A stretch of 64,000 bases of DNA, taken from positions 736,001 to 800,000 of the forward strand of contig OY969934.1 in the NCBI GenBank assembly GCA_963704725.1, written 5' to 3'. A program made the position numbers and the translations under genes. This document shows, piece after piece, positions 9,509-19,443 of the stretch (position 1 is its first letter; each line of letters opens with the position of its first letter). Under the pieces are notes generated by a model. That model was given only the letters and a program-made list of their open reading frames with translations, had not been told where the DNA came from and did no database searches. The DNA comes from an uncultured Actinomycetes bacterium (lineage in GTDB: Bacteria > Actinomycetota > UBA4738 > HRBIN12).

Positions 9509-10309
9509 TCAGTCCGAGGGTCCGTGCTCCTGCCCGGGAGGGGGGCCGTTCGTCTGCCCGGGTGGCTCGTTCTGCTGGCCTGGTGGCTCGTTCGTCTGCC
9601 CGGGCGGCTCGTTCGTCTGCCCGGGTGGCTCGTTCTGCTGGCCTGGTGGCTCGTTCGTCTGCCCGGGCGGCTCGTTCGTCTGCCCCGGAGGCTCGTTGCC
9701 TTGCCCCGGAGGCGCGTTGGCTTGACCGGGCGGCGTCCCGTGGTCGTGCCCGGGGAGCGATCCCTCGCCGTGACTCCGCGGTGCATGCCGCGGGCCGTGG
9801 GGCGCGGACCGGCCGGCGCTCTCGACCGGCGTCGTCGAGGCCTCGGACGGATCGGTGATCACGGGAACGCCCACCGCCGGGCGATCGGTGCCGGTGGGGC
9901 GATCTCCCGTCGAGGAGCCGGGCTCGGAGGGAACCGTGATGCCGACCTTGGAGAGCACGTCCGCGACGAGCCGCTGGGCCGGAGCGGGCAGGACGCCCGC
10001 CGCCGCCAGGCCGGAGGTGGCGAGCATCGTGCCGACCACGACGAGACCGGCCACCCTCATCCGGGCCGGGACCGATCGGCGACCGCGCGCGGGGGGCGGC
10101 CCCGTGGCGAGCGCGTCCAGCGCCGCGATCACCGCCTCGTCCTCGCGCCGGAGCTCGGCGGCCGTGGGTGGCGCCTTGACGGCGAGGATCGTCCGGGCGA
10201 CGTGCGAGTAGCCGGGAGGCGCGTCGTCGGGCTCGATGCGCCCGCCGAGCATCCGGTCGGCGGTCTCCCGATCGAGCCGCATCGTGACGGGGCCTCCGGA
10301 GGCGCTCAT
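9509..10309 (-). CDS. Putative membrane anti-sigma factor with C-terminal NEPPGQ(T/Q) repeats
   Basis: ATGA overlap with the ECF sigma stop; [18 protein letters not shown]; heptapeptide repeats. Confidence 0.7.
   Translation of the reverse strand: MSASGGPVTMRLDRETADRMLGGRIEPDDAPPGYSHVARTILAVKAPPTAAELRREDEAVIAALDALATGPPPARGRRSVPARMRVAGLVVVGTMLATSGLAAAGVLPAPAQRLVADVLSKVGITVPSEPGSSTGDRPTGTDRPAVGVPVITDPSEASTTPVESAGRSAPHGPRHAPRSHGEGSLPGHDHGTPPGQANAPPGQGNEPPGQTNEPPGQTNEPPGQQNEPPGQTNEPPGQTNEPPGQQNEPPGQTNGPPPGQEHGPSD
9530..9738 (-). repeat. 21-bp tandem repeat (about 10 PPGQ units)
   Basis: ctcgttcgtctgcccgggtgg-type units, including a duplicated 63-bp block. Confidence 0.85.
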
Positions 10310-10884
10310 TCCACCACCGCCGCGGTCGAGACGCGCTCCGCGAGTCGGCGGAGGGCGCGATGTTGCAGGACGCGCACGGTTCCGGGGCGCCGGTCCATGA
10401 TCGCGGCGACGTCCCGGACGCTCAGGTCGCCCAGGACGCGCAGCAGGATGACCTCGGCCTGGTCGCGGGTGAGCGTGGCGATCTGGGCCAGGGCCGCCTC
10501 GGTACCGAGCTCCGCCAGGGCCTCGTCCTCCACGTCGCGGGTCTGGCCGTGGAGCTCGAGCTCCTCCTGGCTCGTGGCGACCGTGGCCCGCCGGGCGCGG
10601 CGTCGTCGCAGGTCGGTCATCCGGCTCCGGGCGATCGTGAACGCCCACGCCCGCAGCCCTCGTTCGTCCCCCACGAACCGGTCGAGGCTCGTGATGACGC
10701 CGACCCACACCTCGGACGCGAGGTCCTCGGCCTCCGCCGGCTCGAACGCGCGAAGGTAGCGAAGGATCGGCGGGTGCAGGCGCCGGTACAGCTCCGCCAG
10801 CGCGAGGCGATCGCCGCCCGAGGCCTCGGCGATCGTGCCGTCGGATCGTTCTCGAATGGCCATCGACCGATCAGCGTTCCCCAT
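10306..10884 (-). CDS. ECF RNA polymerase sigma-70 factor (start uncertain)
   Basis: [20 protein letters not shown] region 2; [12 protein letters not shown]...[13 protein letters not shown] region 4. Confidence 0.9.
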   Translation of the reverse strand: MGNADRSMAIRERSDGTIAEASGGDRLALAELYRRLHPPILRYLRAFEPAEAEDLASEVWVGVITSLDRFVGDERGLRAWAFTIARSRMTDLRRRRARRATVATSQEELELHGQTRDVEDEALAELGTEAALAQIATLTRDQAEVILLRVLGDLSVRDVAAIMDRRPGTVRVLQHRALRRLAERVSTAAVVE

Positions 10885-10978
10885 CGCGGGCGCCCCGTCC
10901 AGACGGCGAACGGGCGACGGCCGCGAGGCGGCCGCCCCACGACCTTCGTCGGGCGGTCTCGGTATCCTCCGTACCCAG

Positions 10979-11197
10979 ATGGCGACGTACGAGTACCTCT
11001 GCCTCGCCTGCGAGCACCGGTTCGAGGAGCGGCGGGCCATGGGCGCGTCGGTCGACGTCGCGCTGGCCTGTCCATCGTGCGGCGGCGACCGGGTGCGCCG
11101 GCAGTTCTCCTTCCTGGCCGGCGCCGGCTCGTCGGACGCCGGGTCGTCTCCGGCGGGTGGTTGTGGGTGCGGGGGCGCCTGCGCCTGCGGGCGGTGA
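10979..11197 (+). CDS. FmdB family zinc-ribbon protein
   Basis: MATYEYLCLACEHRFE...CPSCGG..VRR; Cys-rich tail GCGCGGACACG. Confidence 0.88.
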   Translation: MATYEYLCLACEHRFEERRAMGASVDVALACPSCGGDRVRRQFSFLAGAGSSDAGSSPAGGCGCGGACACGR

Positions 11198-11203
11198 CCC
11201 CGG

Positions 11204-12706
11204 CTACCCCGGGCTCGAGAGCGAAGGCAAGAACCGGGGCGGGGCCCGGTGGCGCGTCGCCCCCTCGAAGTCGAAGGCGAACCCGATCAGCGCCGCCTCG
11301 CTCCACGCGGGTCCGATGAACGAGATCCCCACCGGCAGCTCCGAGACCGATCCCATCGGCACCGTGACGGTCGGGTAGCCGGCGACCGCGGCCGGCGTGG
11401 AGTTCCCTCCGATGTAGTGGTCGCCGTTCAGGTGGTCGGTGAGCCAGGCCGGCGCGCCCGTCGGCGCCACGAGCGCGTCGAGCCGGTGCTCCGCCAGCAC
11501 GGCGTCGAGCCCCTCCTCGCGCGAGAGGCGCCGGCACGCGGCGAGCGCCTCCAGGTAGGCGGGCTCGGTGAGCGGACCCTTCTCGACGGCCCGCTCGAAC
11601 AGCTCCTGACCGAACACCGCGAGCTCGACGTCCGCGTGGGCCCGGTTGAAGGCGATGAGCTCGGCGAGCGACCGCGGCGCCTGCCCGCCGAGCTCTCGGA
11701 GGTACGCGTCGAGATCCGCCTTGAACTCGAACAGGAGCACCTCGAGCTCGGGGTCCTCCAGGTCGGAGGCGTGCGGGACGTCGGCGGGGTCCACGATCTC
11801 GGCGCCGAGCGACCGCATCGCCACGACCGCGTCCTCGAACAGCGCGTCGACGCGGTCGTGGAAGCCGGCCATGTTCCGCGCCACGCCGATCCGAGCGCCG
11901 CGGAGCCGGCCGGTCTCGAGCGCGGCGAGGAGCTCGAGGGCCGGGGCCCCGGCCGTGGCGGCGTCGCGGGGGTCGGGGCCGGCCAGGGCGCGCAGGAGGG
12001 CGGCCGCGTCGGCCACGGTGCGGGCCATCGGTCCCGGCGTGTCCTGCGTGTGCGAGATCGGCACCACGCCGGCGCGGCTCACCAGGCCGACCGTGGGCTT
12101 GATCCCCACGATGCCGTTCACGCTCGAGGGGCACACGATCGAGCCGTCGGTCTCGGTGCCGATCGCCGCCGCGCACAGGTTCGCGGACGCCGCCACCCCC
12201 GAGCCCGAGCTCGACCCGCACGGGCTGCGATCGAGCGCGTACGGGTTGTGGGTCTGGCCGCCCCGCGCGCTCCATCCGCTGGACGAGCGCGTCGAGCGGA
12301 AGTTGGCCCACTCCGAGAGGTTGGTCTTGCCCAGGAGCACGGCGCCGGCCTCGCGCACCCGCTCGATCACGGTCGCGTCCCGGTCCGGCCGGGCTCCCTC
12401 GAGCGCGAGGGAGCCGGCGGTCGTCCGCATCGCGTCCGCGGTGTCGAGGTTGTCCTTCACCAGCACGGGGACGCCGTGCAACGGTCCTCGAACGCGCCCG
12501 GCCCGCCGCTCGGCGTCCAGGGCGTCGGCGATACCCCGGACGTCGGGGTTGACCTCGACGACCGAGCGCAGCGCGCCGTCGATCGCCTCGATCCGCGCCA
12601 GGTAGGTCTCGGCGAGGGCGCGGGCGCTCAGCTCGCCCGAGTCGAGCCGGACGCCGAGCTCGGCGATCGTGACCTCGTCGAGATCCCCCGGCGCGAGCGG
12701 ATCCAT
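11204..12706 (-). CDS. Amidase (amidase signature family)
   Basis: GPLHGVPVLVKDN, GKTNLSEWAN, GSSSGS, GTETDGSIVCPS. Confidence 0.95.
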   Translation of the reverse strand: MDPLAPGDLDEVTIAELGVRLDSGELSARALAETYLARIEAIDGALRSVVEVNPDVRGIADALDAERRAGRVRGPLHGVPVLVKDNLDTADAMRTTAGSLALEGARPDRDATVIERVREAGAVLLGKTNLSEWANFRSTRSSSGWSARGGQTHNPYALDRSPCGSSSGSGVAASANLCAAAIGTETDGSIVCPSSVNGIVGIKPTVGLVSRAGVVPISHTQDTPGPMARTVADAAALLRALAGPDPRDAATAGAPALELLAALETGRLRGARIGVARNMAGFHDRVDALFEDAVVAMRSLGAEIVDPADVPHASDLEDPELEVLLFEFKADLDAYLRELGGQAPRSLAELIAFNRAHADVELAVFGQELFERAVEKGPLTEPAYLEALAACRRLSREEGLDAVLAEHRLDALVAPTGAPAWLTDHLNGDHYIGGNSTPAAVAGYPTVTVPMGSVSELPVGISFIGPAWSEAALIGFAFDFEGATRHRAPPRFLPSLSSPG

Positions 12707-12734
12707 CGCCGCACCCTACCCGAGCGATCCGGGG

Positions 12735-13673
12735 CTACGCCCGCCGGACGACGAGGTGGTCGTCGCGCCAGCGGAGCTCGAGATCGACCACCTCGCCTGC
12801 GGTTCCGGTCGGCACGACCTCGCCGTTCACCCGAAGGACGACCCCGCCGGCGTTGCCGAGCGTCAGCGTGAGGAGCCGGTCGGCGCGGTAGATGACGGGC
12901 TCGCCCGGCTGCAGCGTGGCCGCCGCGAGCACCTCGCCGTCGCCGATGGCCTGAACCCAGCTGGGCTCGCGGAGCCGCAGGACGGCGCGAACGCCGTTCG
13001 GCGTCCGCGGCGGCGCGACCTCGTCCACGGCCGGGCTGGGGCTCGAGCTCGGCGCGGCGCGGTCCGCGCCGGCCGGCACCCCCGGGCCGCGGTTCGGTTC
13101 CGCGCTCGGCGGGAGCAGCGCGAGGACCGCGAGCAGCGCGGTCGACAGGAGGGCCATGACGACGGCGACCAGCCGGTGCCGCCTCCGGTCGTCGGGGATC
13201 GGCTCGAGATCGGGCTCCTCGACGGGGCGGTGGCGCTCGTCGAACTCGTGGAGCAGCGGATCGGGGTCCAGTCGGAGGAACTCGGCGTACTCGCGGAGGA
13301 AGAATCGCGCATACGCGGGCGCCGGGAACGCCTCGAGCGGCGCGCCGCTCTCGAGGGCCGCGAGGTGATGGGGGGAGATCTTCGTCCCCACCGACGCCTC
13401 GACCAGGGACCGTCCCTCGGCCTCACGGGCGCGCCGGAGGACGTCGTGGGGGTCGTGGCCGTGAGGTTCGACGGCCGGCTCCGGTCTCGGGTCGTCGCCG
13501 ACCTCGGGCTCCCACTGGTAGGCGCACGACCGGCAGAGCCAGTGGGGGGCTCCGCCGGGGGCCTCGACCGGCGCCCGGCCGTCCCGCAGCACGAGGACGC
13601 GTTCGGACGGGGCCTCGGACGGCGCAGCGACGAGCAGGTCCGAGCCGCAGCGCGGGCACTCGGGTCTCGGCAT
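12735..13673 (-). CDS. RodZ-like protein (HTH + TM + DUF4115) with an extra N-terminal zinc ribbon
   Basis: CPRCGS...CRSCAYQW; LRRAREAEG...ALESG...YARFFLREYAEFLRLD; TM; SWVQA...LTLGNAGGVVLRVNG. Confidence 0.8.
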   Translation of the reverse strand: MPRPECPRCGSDLLVAAPSEAPSERVLVLRDGRAPVEAPGGAPHWLCRSCAYQWEPEVGDDPRPEPAVEPHGHDPHDVLRRAREAEGRSLVEASVGTKISPHHLAALESGAPLEAFPAPAYARFFLREYAEFLRLDPDPLLHEFDERHRPVEEPDLEPIPDDRRRHRLVAVVMALLSTALLAVLALLPPSAEPNRGPGVPAGADRAAPSSSPSPAVDEVAPPRTPNGVRAVLRLREPSWVQAIGDGEVLAAATLQPGEPVIYRADRLLTLTLGNAGGVVLRVNGEVVPTGTAGEVVDLELRWRDDHLVVRRA

Positions 13674-13917
13674 CGCAGCCCTCGCGAAACACGGCAGCGC
13701 ACGGCGGATGCCCGGGCACGAGGCGCGTCCACGGGGCGCGCTCACGCCCGTTCACATCGATCGCACGACTACCCCGGCCATGGGGACGTTCGGGCACGAC
13801 GCTAGCCATGACGCTCGCGCTGCGTCAAGGGGGTGAGCGAGGGACGGGGCGTGTCGCTTCGATGGAGACGCGGCGCGGGCGGCGGGAGTGCACCTCGAGC
13901 CCCGGTAGCCTGGGGCG

Positions 13918-14364
13918 ATGACCGTGCGCACCGAGCACCTGGATGCCGCGCCGAGCCGGTGGGAGACGCCGTGGATCGACGCCGCGATCTGGGCCGCCGC
14001 GCTCGGCGCCACCGCGCTCACGCTGTGGTACTCGCTCGGCTCGGTGCCGCCCGCCCACGGCTCCGACAAGGACCTGCACGCCCTGGCGTACTTCGTCGAC
14101 ACGCTCGCCGTGCTGCTCGCGGTGGTGTGGCGGCCCGGACGGCGGGCGGGGCGACTCGACGGGTGGGGGCCGGTGGTGGTGGTCGGGATCCTCGCCCTGG
14201 GGGGCCTGATCGAGCTGGCGCAGGGCGGGTTTGCGCAACGGGACGCCCAGCTCAGCGACTGGTTCGCCGACGCCGTGGGCATCGGGGCGGCATGGCTCCT
14301 GTTCGGATCGCTGCGGTGGATCACGCGCGAGCACGCTGCGCGGCATCGGTCCGGCGCTCGCTGA
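13918..14364 (+). CDS. VanZ-like membrane protein
   Basis: DKDLHALAY, IELAQ...RDAQLSDWFADAVG. Confidence 0.8.
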   Translation: MTVRTEHLDAAPSRWETPWIDAAIWAAALGATALTLWYSLGSVPPAHGSDKDLHALAYFVDTLAVLLAVVWRPGRRAGRLDGWGPVVVVGILALGGLIELAQGGFAQRDAQLSDWFADAVGIGAAWLLFGSLRWITREHAARHRSGAR

Positions 14365-14406
14365 CGTCCTGTTCGAGCGCTAGGATCGGCGTTCCGGTAT
14401 CCTGAT

Positions 14407-14598
14407 GTGGTGGTGTCCTTCTACCGGACCGCGCTCGGCAAGACGCTCCGGATCCAGGAGTCCGAGGACGGCATGCTCCGGGTCGAAGTGCTGAAGGACG
14501 GCGCCTGGACCAGCGCCCCGATCGGCATGATCGGGTTGCGCCTGGCGCCGACCACCAAGCGCCTCACCCCGACCCAGGTCCGCGCCCTCCCCGACTGA
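14407..14598 (+). CDS. Small hypothetical protein
   Basis: 63-aa ORF with good codon usage. Confidence 0.55.
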   Translation: MVVSFYRTALGKTLRIQESEDGMLRVEVLKDGAWTSAPIGMIGLRLAPTTKRLTPTQVRALPD

Positions 14599-14696
14599 GA
14601 CCCCCCGTCGCCTCGGTGCGACGAACATGGTCGGGTTCCGTTGTGTTTGTGCGACCGCTCTTGAGTCTCCGCCGGCGTGCGCGGGACGATCGCGCC

Positions 14697-15023
14697 ATGG
14701 ATGCCAAGGGAACGATTTCGCTCGTGCTGATCGGTCTCGGGGCGGTCGCGGCAGGCGGTCTCGGCCTGCGGCTCCCGGCCGGGGATCGGATCGCGGCGGG
14801 TCTGGCGCTGGTGGTCGGGGCGGGCGTCGGCGTGATCGCCGTCGCGATCGGCTCGCAGCTTGTGGCGGATACGCCGGAGAGCTACGAGACGGTCCTCGTC
14901 GCCGCCTCGGCGCTCGGATTCGTCGCGACGGTGATGAGCCTGGCCGTGCTGTGGCACGGGACCGAACGGGAACGGCCCCGCTCGCGCGGGGCCGTTCGTT
15001 CGGATCCGGGTGGTGCTACGTGA
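14697..15023 (+). CDS. Small 3-TM membrane protein
   Basis: MDAKGTISLVLIGLG...; three hydrophobic segments. Confidence 0.6.
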   Translation: MDAKGTISLVLIGLGAVAAGGLGLRLPAGDRIAAGLALVVGAGVGVIAVAIGSQLVADTPESYETVLVAASALGFVATVMSLAVLWHGTERERPRSRGAVRSDPGGAT

Positions 15024-15753
15024 TGTCTCGCCGCCGCATCATCGCCCCACCCGCCGCGATCGCCACGAGCGCGTAGCCGCCGAGCACCAGCGCGCCCAGA
15101 CCCGGCGAGAGCACGTCGGCAGGGTTGATGCCGACGACGGCGAACCCGGCCTCGCCTGGGAAGTACCTCGCGACGGAGGGCACGAGGCCCGACAGGAGGC
15201 CCTCGCCGGCGAGCACCCAGATCAGCGTCCCGGCGACCGCCGCCACCTGGTGGCGAACCGCCAGGCCAAGCCCCACGCCGATCGACGTCCACAGCGCGGT
15301 CGCGCCGAGGAGCCGCCCGGCGACCTCGGCCAGCGCGCTCGCCGACCATGTGATCTCCACGCCCTTGCCGATCAGCAGCGGCACCCCGACCGCGATCGAG
15401 ACCGCCGTCGCCGCCGACGCGAGCACGAGGCCGCCGGCCGCCACCGTCACGAGCTTGGCGCCGAGCACCCGCCGGCGGTTCGGGCTGGCGAGCAGCGTGG
15501 GAACGATGGAGCCGAAGCGGAACTCGTCCGTGAACGCGCGGACACCGAGCAGCAGCGCGAACACCGGCGCGAGCGACAGCGCCACGTGCAGGAACGACTG
15601 CTCCTGCAGCGGCGCGGCCAGGTCGGCGCCGCGGCCGTCGGTGACGATCGCCACCACGCCCAGCGTGACGATCGCCAGCAGCCCGCCGAGCATCGCGTAC
15701 GCGCTGCGGGTGGTCGTCAGCTTGCGGAGCTCCGACGCGATCTGATCCCTCAT
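15016..15753 (-). CDS. ABC-2 type transporter permease
   Basis: ASELRKLTTTRS, TDEFRFGSI...PNRRRVLGAK, C-terminal RRRDIT; ATGA overlap with the ATPase gene. Confidence 0.9.
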   Translation of the reverse strand: MRDQIASELRKLTTTRSAYAMLGGLLAIVTLGVVAIVTDGRGADLAAPLQEQSFLHVALSLAPVFALLLGVRAFTDEFRFGSIVPTLLASPNRRRVLGAKLVTVAAGGLVLASAATAVSIAVGVPLLIGKGVEITWSASALAEVAGRLLGATALWTSIGVGLGLAVRHQVAAVAGTLIWVLAGEGLLSGLVPSVARYFPGEAGFAVVGINPADVLSPGLGALVLGGYALVAIAAGGAMMRRRDIT

Positions 15754-16691
15754 TGTGCGTCCTCCTCGGTGAGCTCGAGGAACGCGTCCTCGAGGCTGGT
15801 CGACTCCTCCGCCAGTCCGAACACCGGCACGCGGGCCTCGAACGCGAGCGTTCCCACACGCTCGGCGTCGGCACCGGAGACCCGCAGCGCGCCGTCGCCG
15901 TCCGTCGCGACCCCGAACCCGCGCTCGCGCAGGACGGCGGCGAACCGGGTTGCCTCCGGCGTGACCACGCGGAGCTCGTTCGAGCTCCTGGTCAGCTCGG
16001 CCAGGGGCGCCTGCCGGATCAGGCGGCCCTTGTTGATGACGATGGCCTCGTCCGCGAGCTGCGCCATCTCCGCGAGCACGTGGCTCGAGACGAGCACGGC
16101 GTTGCCCTCGGCCGCGAAGCCTCGGAGCAGATCGCGCAGCCACCGGATCCCCTGGGGGTCCAGCCCGTTCGCCGGCTCGTCCAGGACCAGGACCCTGGGC
16201 TCGCCGAGCAGCGCCCCGGCGAGCCCGAGCCGCTGGCGCATGCCGAGCGAGTACGTGCCGGCCGAGCGCCGCGCCGCCGCCGCCAGCCCCACCTGCTCGA
16301 GGACCTCGTCGACCCGCCGCTGCGGGATCGCCGACGCCGACGCCAGCGCCCGGAGGTGGTTGCGGCCGCTCCGCAGCGGGTTGAAGCTCTGCGTCTCGAG
16401 CAGGGCCCCGACCGTTCGCGCCGGCCGGGGCAAGCTCCGGTACGGCATCCCCAGGACGGTGGCCGTGCCCGCCGTGGGGGCCACGAGCCCGAGGACGATC
16501 CGCAGCGTCGTGCTCTTGCCGGCGCCGTTGGGTCCCAGGAACCCCGTGACCTCGCCCGGGCGGACCTCGAAGGTGAGGTCGTCGACCGCCGTCACGGATC
16601 GGAACCGTTTCGAGACGCCGCGGACCGAGATCGCCGGCGACCCGATCGGTCCCCGTCCCGCTCCCGTCGATCCGATGGAGCTCGTCGCCAT
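15750..16691 (-). CDS. ABC transporter ATP-binding protein (BcrA-like)
   Basis: GPNGAGKST, YSLGMRQRLG, VLDEPANGLD, SSH; SD ggaaggagg. Confidence 0.95.
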   Translation of the reverse strand: MATSSIGSTGAGRGPIGSPAISVRGVSKRFRSVTAVDDLTFEVRPGEVTGFLGPNGAGKSTTLRIVLGLVAPTAGTATVLGMPYRSLPRPARTVGALLETQSFNPLRSGRNHLRALASASAIPQRRVDEVLEQVGLAAAARRSAGTYSLGMRQRLGLAGALLGEPRVLVLDEPANGLDPQGIRWLRDLLRGFAAEGNAVLVSSHVLAEMAQLADEAIVINKGRLIRQAPLAELTRSSNELRVVTPEATRFAAVLRERGFGVATDGDGALRVSGADAERVGTLAFEARVPVFGLAEESTSLEDAFLELTEEDAQ

Positions 16692-16819
16692 CGCGTTGCC
16701 TCCTTCCACCGTCGTGATCCGTCGGCTCCGACGCTAGGGAGGCGGCGGCGCCGCGGCGTCGGCCCGGAGTGCGAAACCGGAGGTCGTGCCGGGGGAGGAG
16801 GGGTCGTCCCGGAGGAGGA

Positions 16820-17482
16820 TCAGGCGCCGGGCTGGACGAGGCCGGACTCGTATGCGAGGACGACGGCCTGGGCGCGGTCGCGGAGCCGGAGCTTGTGGAG
16901 CACGCGCCCGACGTGCGTCTTCACGGTGGTCTCGGCGACGTACAGGGAGCCCGCGATCTCGGTGTTGGAGAGGCCGCGTGCCATGAGGACGAGCACCTCG
17001 CGCTCGCGGTCGGTGAGCTCGCCGAGCTCGACCGCGGTGGCCGCCGGGGCTCGCGTCGCGAACTCCTCGATCAGCCGGCGCGTCACGGAGGGCGCGAGCA
17101 GCGCGTCGCCGGAGGCGACCACGCGGACGGCCGCGACGAGCTCCTCGGACGGACGGTCCTTCAGCAGGAACCCGCTCGCGCCGGCCCGGAGCGCCTCGAA
17201 CACGTACTCGTCGAGGTCGAACGTCGTCAGGATGAGGACCCGGCCCGGCGGCTCGAGGGCGGTGAGCCGGCGCGTCGCCTCGATCCCGTCCATCGTCGGC
17301 ATCCGCACGTCCATCACGACGACGTCGGGGCGGAGGGTGCCGAACTGGCGGACGGCGTCCGCGCCGTCGATCGCCTCGCCCACCACCTCGAGGTCGTCCT
17401 GCGCGTCCAGGATCATCCGGAACCCCGTGCGCATGAGGGCCTGGTCGTCGGCGACGAGGATCCTGATCGGCTCACCGCTCAT
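16820..17482 (-). CDS. NarL/LuxR family response regulator
   Basis: ILVADDQALMR, MDVRMP, LTTFD, LTDREREVL...TVKTHV. Confidence 0.95.
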   Translation of the reverse strand: MSGEPIRILVADDQALMRTGFRMILDAQDDLEVVGEAIDGADAVRQFGTLRPDVVVMDVRMPTMDGIEATRRLTALEPPGRVLILTTFDLDEYVFEALRAGASGFLLKDRPSEELVAAVRVVASGDALLAPSVTRRLIEEFATRAPAATAVELGELTDREREVLVLMARGLSNTEIAGSLYVAETTVKTHVGRVLHKLRLRDRAQAVVLAYESGLVQPGA

Positions 17483-18627
17483 GCCGGTTCCGTCCCGTCC
17501 GATGGGAGGCGGGCCCGGACGAGGAATCCGCCGCCCGGACGCGGCCCGGTCTCGAGCTCGCCGCCGTAGAGCTGGACGCGCTCGCGCATCCCGACGAGCC
17601 CGTGGCCGCCGGCGCCGTCGGCGGTCGTCCCGGGGCCGTCGTCGACGACCTCGATCTCCACCGCGTCCGCCGCGTAGCGAAGGAGCACCCGGGCGCTCGC
17701 CCCGCCGGCGTGCTTGAGCGCGTTCGTCAAGGCCTCCTGCAGGATGCGGTAGGCGGACAGGTCGACGCCGGGCGGCAGCGTCCGCGGAACGCCCTCGATC
17801 ACCGCCTCGACGGGCAGGCCGGTCGCCCGCATGCCCTCGAGGAGCTCGTCGAGGCGAGCCAGCCCCGGCTGGGGGGCCCGGCCGTCCTGCCCCTCCTCGG
17901 CCTTGAGGATCTCGAGCAGGCGCCGCATCTCCGCCAGCCCGGCGCGTCCGGAGACCTCGATCTGGCGCAGCGCCTCCGCGGCCGCGGGGGGATCCGTTTC
18001 GCCGACCGCCCGCGCCGCGCCGGCCTGCACGACCATCACGCTCATGTGGTGGGCCACGACGTCGTGGAGCTCGCGCGCGATGCGCGCCCGCTCCGCGCCG
18101 ACGGCCTCGCGCGCCGCGAGCTCCCGGTCCCGGGCGACGCGCCGGCGGCGATTGAACGTCATGCGGCCGAGCACGAGGGGGATCGCGAACGTCACCACGA
18201 GGTCGGACAGGATCTCGACCCCGTCCAGGCCACGGTCGGCGTGCTCGCCGACGCCGATCGCGACGGAGGCCGCCACGACCACCGGGATCACGACGGGCAG
18301 GAGCCGGTGGCGCTCGCGATACGCGGCGGCCGAGTACATCGCCACCCACAGCAGGAAGACGAACTCGGGCCAGTAGCCGAACAGGGACGCCGTGGCCACC
18401 GCCGCGGCCACGACGGTGAGGACGACCAGCGGGGCCCGTCGGCGCCACGCGATCGACAGGCCGGCGACCAGGATGAGCCCGATCCCGGCGACGTCGGGAG
18501 GCTCGTCCGGCATGTGGGCTCGGGAGGCGAACCCCAGCACGCTCCCGGAGATGAGGCCGAACGCGAAGAGCCCGTCCCAGATCCGGTGGTCGACCCGCCG
18601 GAGACGATCCCACCACCCGCCGTCCAC
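17479..18627 (-). CDS. HisKA_3 sensor histidine kinase
   Basis: ERARIARELHDVVAH, QEALTNALKHA, DDGPG, GHGLVGMRERV. Confidence 0.95.
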   Translation of the reverse strand: MDGGWWDRLRRVDHRIWDGLFAFGLISGSVLGFASRAHMPDEPPDVAGIGLILVAGLSIAWRRRAPLVVLTVVAAAVATASLFGYWPEFVFLLWVAMYSAAAYRERHRLLPVVIPVVVAASVAIGVGEHADRGLDGVEILSDLVVTFAIPLVLGRMTFNRRRRVARDRELAAREAVGAERARIARELHDVVAHHMSVMVVQAGAARAVGETDPPAAAEALRQIEVSGRAGLAEMRRLLEILKAEEGQDGRAPQPGLARLDELLEGMRATGLPVEAVIEGVPRTLPPGVDLSAYRILQEALTNALKHAGGASARVLLRYAADAVEIEVVDDGPGTTADGAGGHGLVGMRERVQLYGGELETGPRPGGGFLVRARLPSDGTEPA

Positions 18628-18658
18628 GGATCGAACGGTACCCGGAGGCTCCCGGGTC

Positions 18659-18679
18659 GTCGTCCTCCCCGAGGACGAC
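18659..18679. promoter_or_regulatory. Palindromic operator, probable binding site of the NarL-type regulator
   Basis: gtcgtcctc-ccc-gaggacgac upstream of the kinase; related gtcgt..ccgg.ggagga repeats at 16783-16820 upstream of the ABC operon. Confidence 0.5.
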
Positions 18680-18703
18680 CCCGAAGTCCGACCGGATGAC
18701 GTG

Positions 18704-18877
18704 CTAGGCGGCGACGTCCATCGCGAACCCGCTGCACGCGCACTCGGAGTACAGGCACCGGCGAAGGTCGTCGTCGCAGTGCAGGAACTCCGCGTGCGTG
18801 CAGAGCGCGCAGGGGGTCCGGTTGATGCCCGGTCGCTCGATCGCCGCGTGATGCCCGTAGCCGGCCTGCGTCTGCAT
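18704..18877 (-). CDS. Small Cys/His-rich putative metal-binding protein
   Basis: CALCTHAEFLHC...RCLYSECACSGF. Confidence 0.6.
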   Translation of the reverse strand: MQTQAGYGHHAAIERPGINRTPCALCTHAEFLHCDDDLRRCLYSECACSGFAMDVAA

Positions 18878-18961
18878 GCAGAGCACCGTACGTCGATGGG
18901 GGGACCCTGCCATCGGGCGAACGGCTCGGCGGACGTGCGATCGGCCAGACCCGGTTACGTC

Positions 18962-19372
18962 CTATGCCACGGGGACGAGGGCGATCGCCGGGATCCGGCG
19001 TTTGGCCTTCGCGGGGTACTCGGCGAACCCCGGGCGGCGCTCGACCTGACGCGCGTAGAGCGCGTCGCGCTCGTCGTCGTCCTCGACGTCGATCGCCCGC
19101 ACCGGGACGGTCCGCGTGCCGATCTCCACCGTCGCGTCCGGGTTGGCCCGCAGGTTGTAGTACCAATCGGGATGGGTCGTCGCGCCGCCCTTCGTGCCGA
19201 ACACCACGAAGCGGTCGCCGTCCGGCAGGTACACGAGCGGCCTCACGCGCTCGAGGCCGGTCCTTGCCCCGGTGCAGTGGAGCAGCAGCAACGTCGCGCC
19301 CTCGAAGAACCCGCCCACCCTGCCCTCGTTCGCGCGGAACTCCTCGATGATGCCCACGTTGTGGTCGACCAT
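18962..19372 (-). CDS. Deazaflavin (F420)-dependent nitroreductase family protein
   Basis: IIEEFRANEGRVGG, GARTG, GTKGGA..HPDWYYNLRANP. Confidence 0.92.
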   Translation of the reverse strand: MVDHNVGIIEEFRANEGRVGGFFEGATLLLLHCTGARTGLERVRPLVYLPDGDRFVVFGTKGGATTHPDWYYNLRANPDATVEIGTRTVPVRAIDVEDDDERDALYARQVERRPGFAEYPAKAKRRIPAIALVPVA

Positions 19373-19443
19373 GTCTCCGTCTCCCCGCTCGCGTCGTCAG
19401 CGGACAACACCAGTCGGCGCGGCTTCGTTCCCAGCGGGAGCGG

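Noticed and set aside
7755-9738. Tandem repeats as a possible CRISPR array
   Set aside because: No unique spacers and no cas genes; the repeats encode in-frame SP and NEPPGQ peptides.
15016-18627. ABC transporter plus two-component system as the export or immunity arm of the peptide cassette
   Set aside because: It lies 14 kb away, is a very common stand-alone module, and nothing links it to the cassette.
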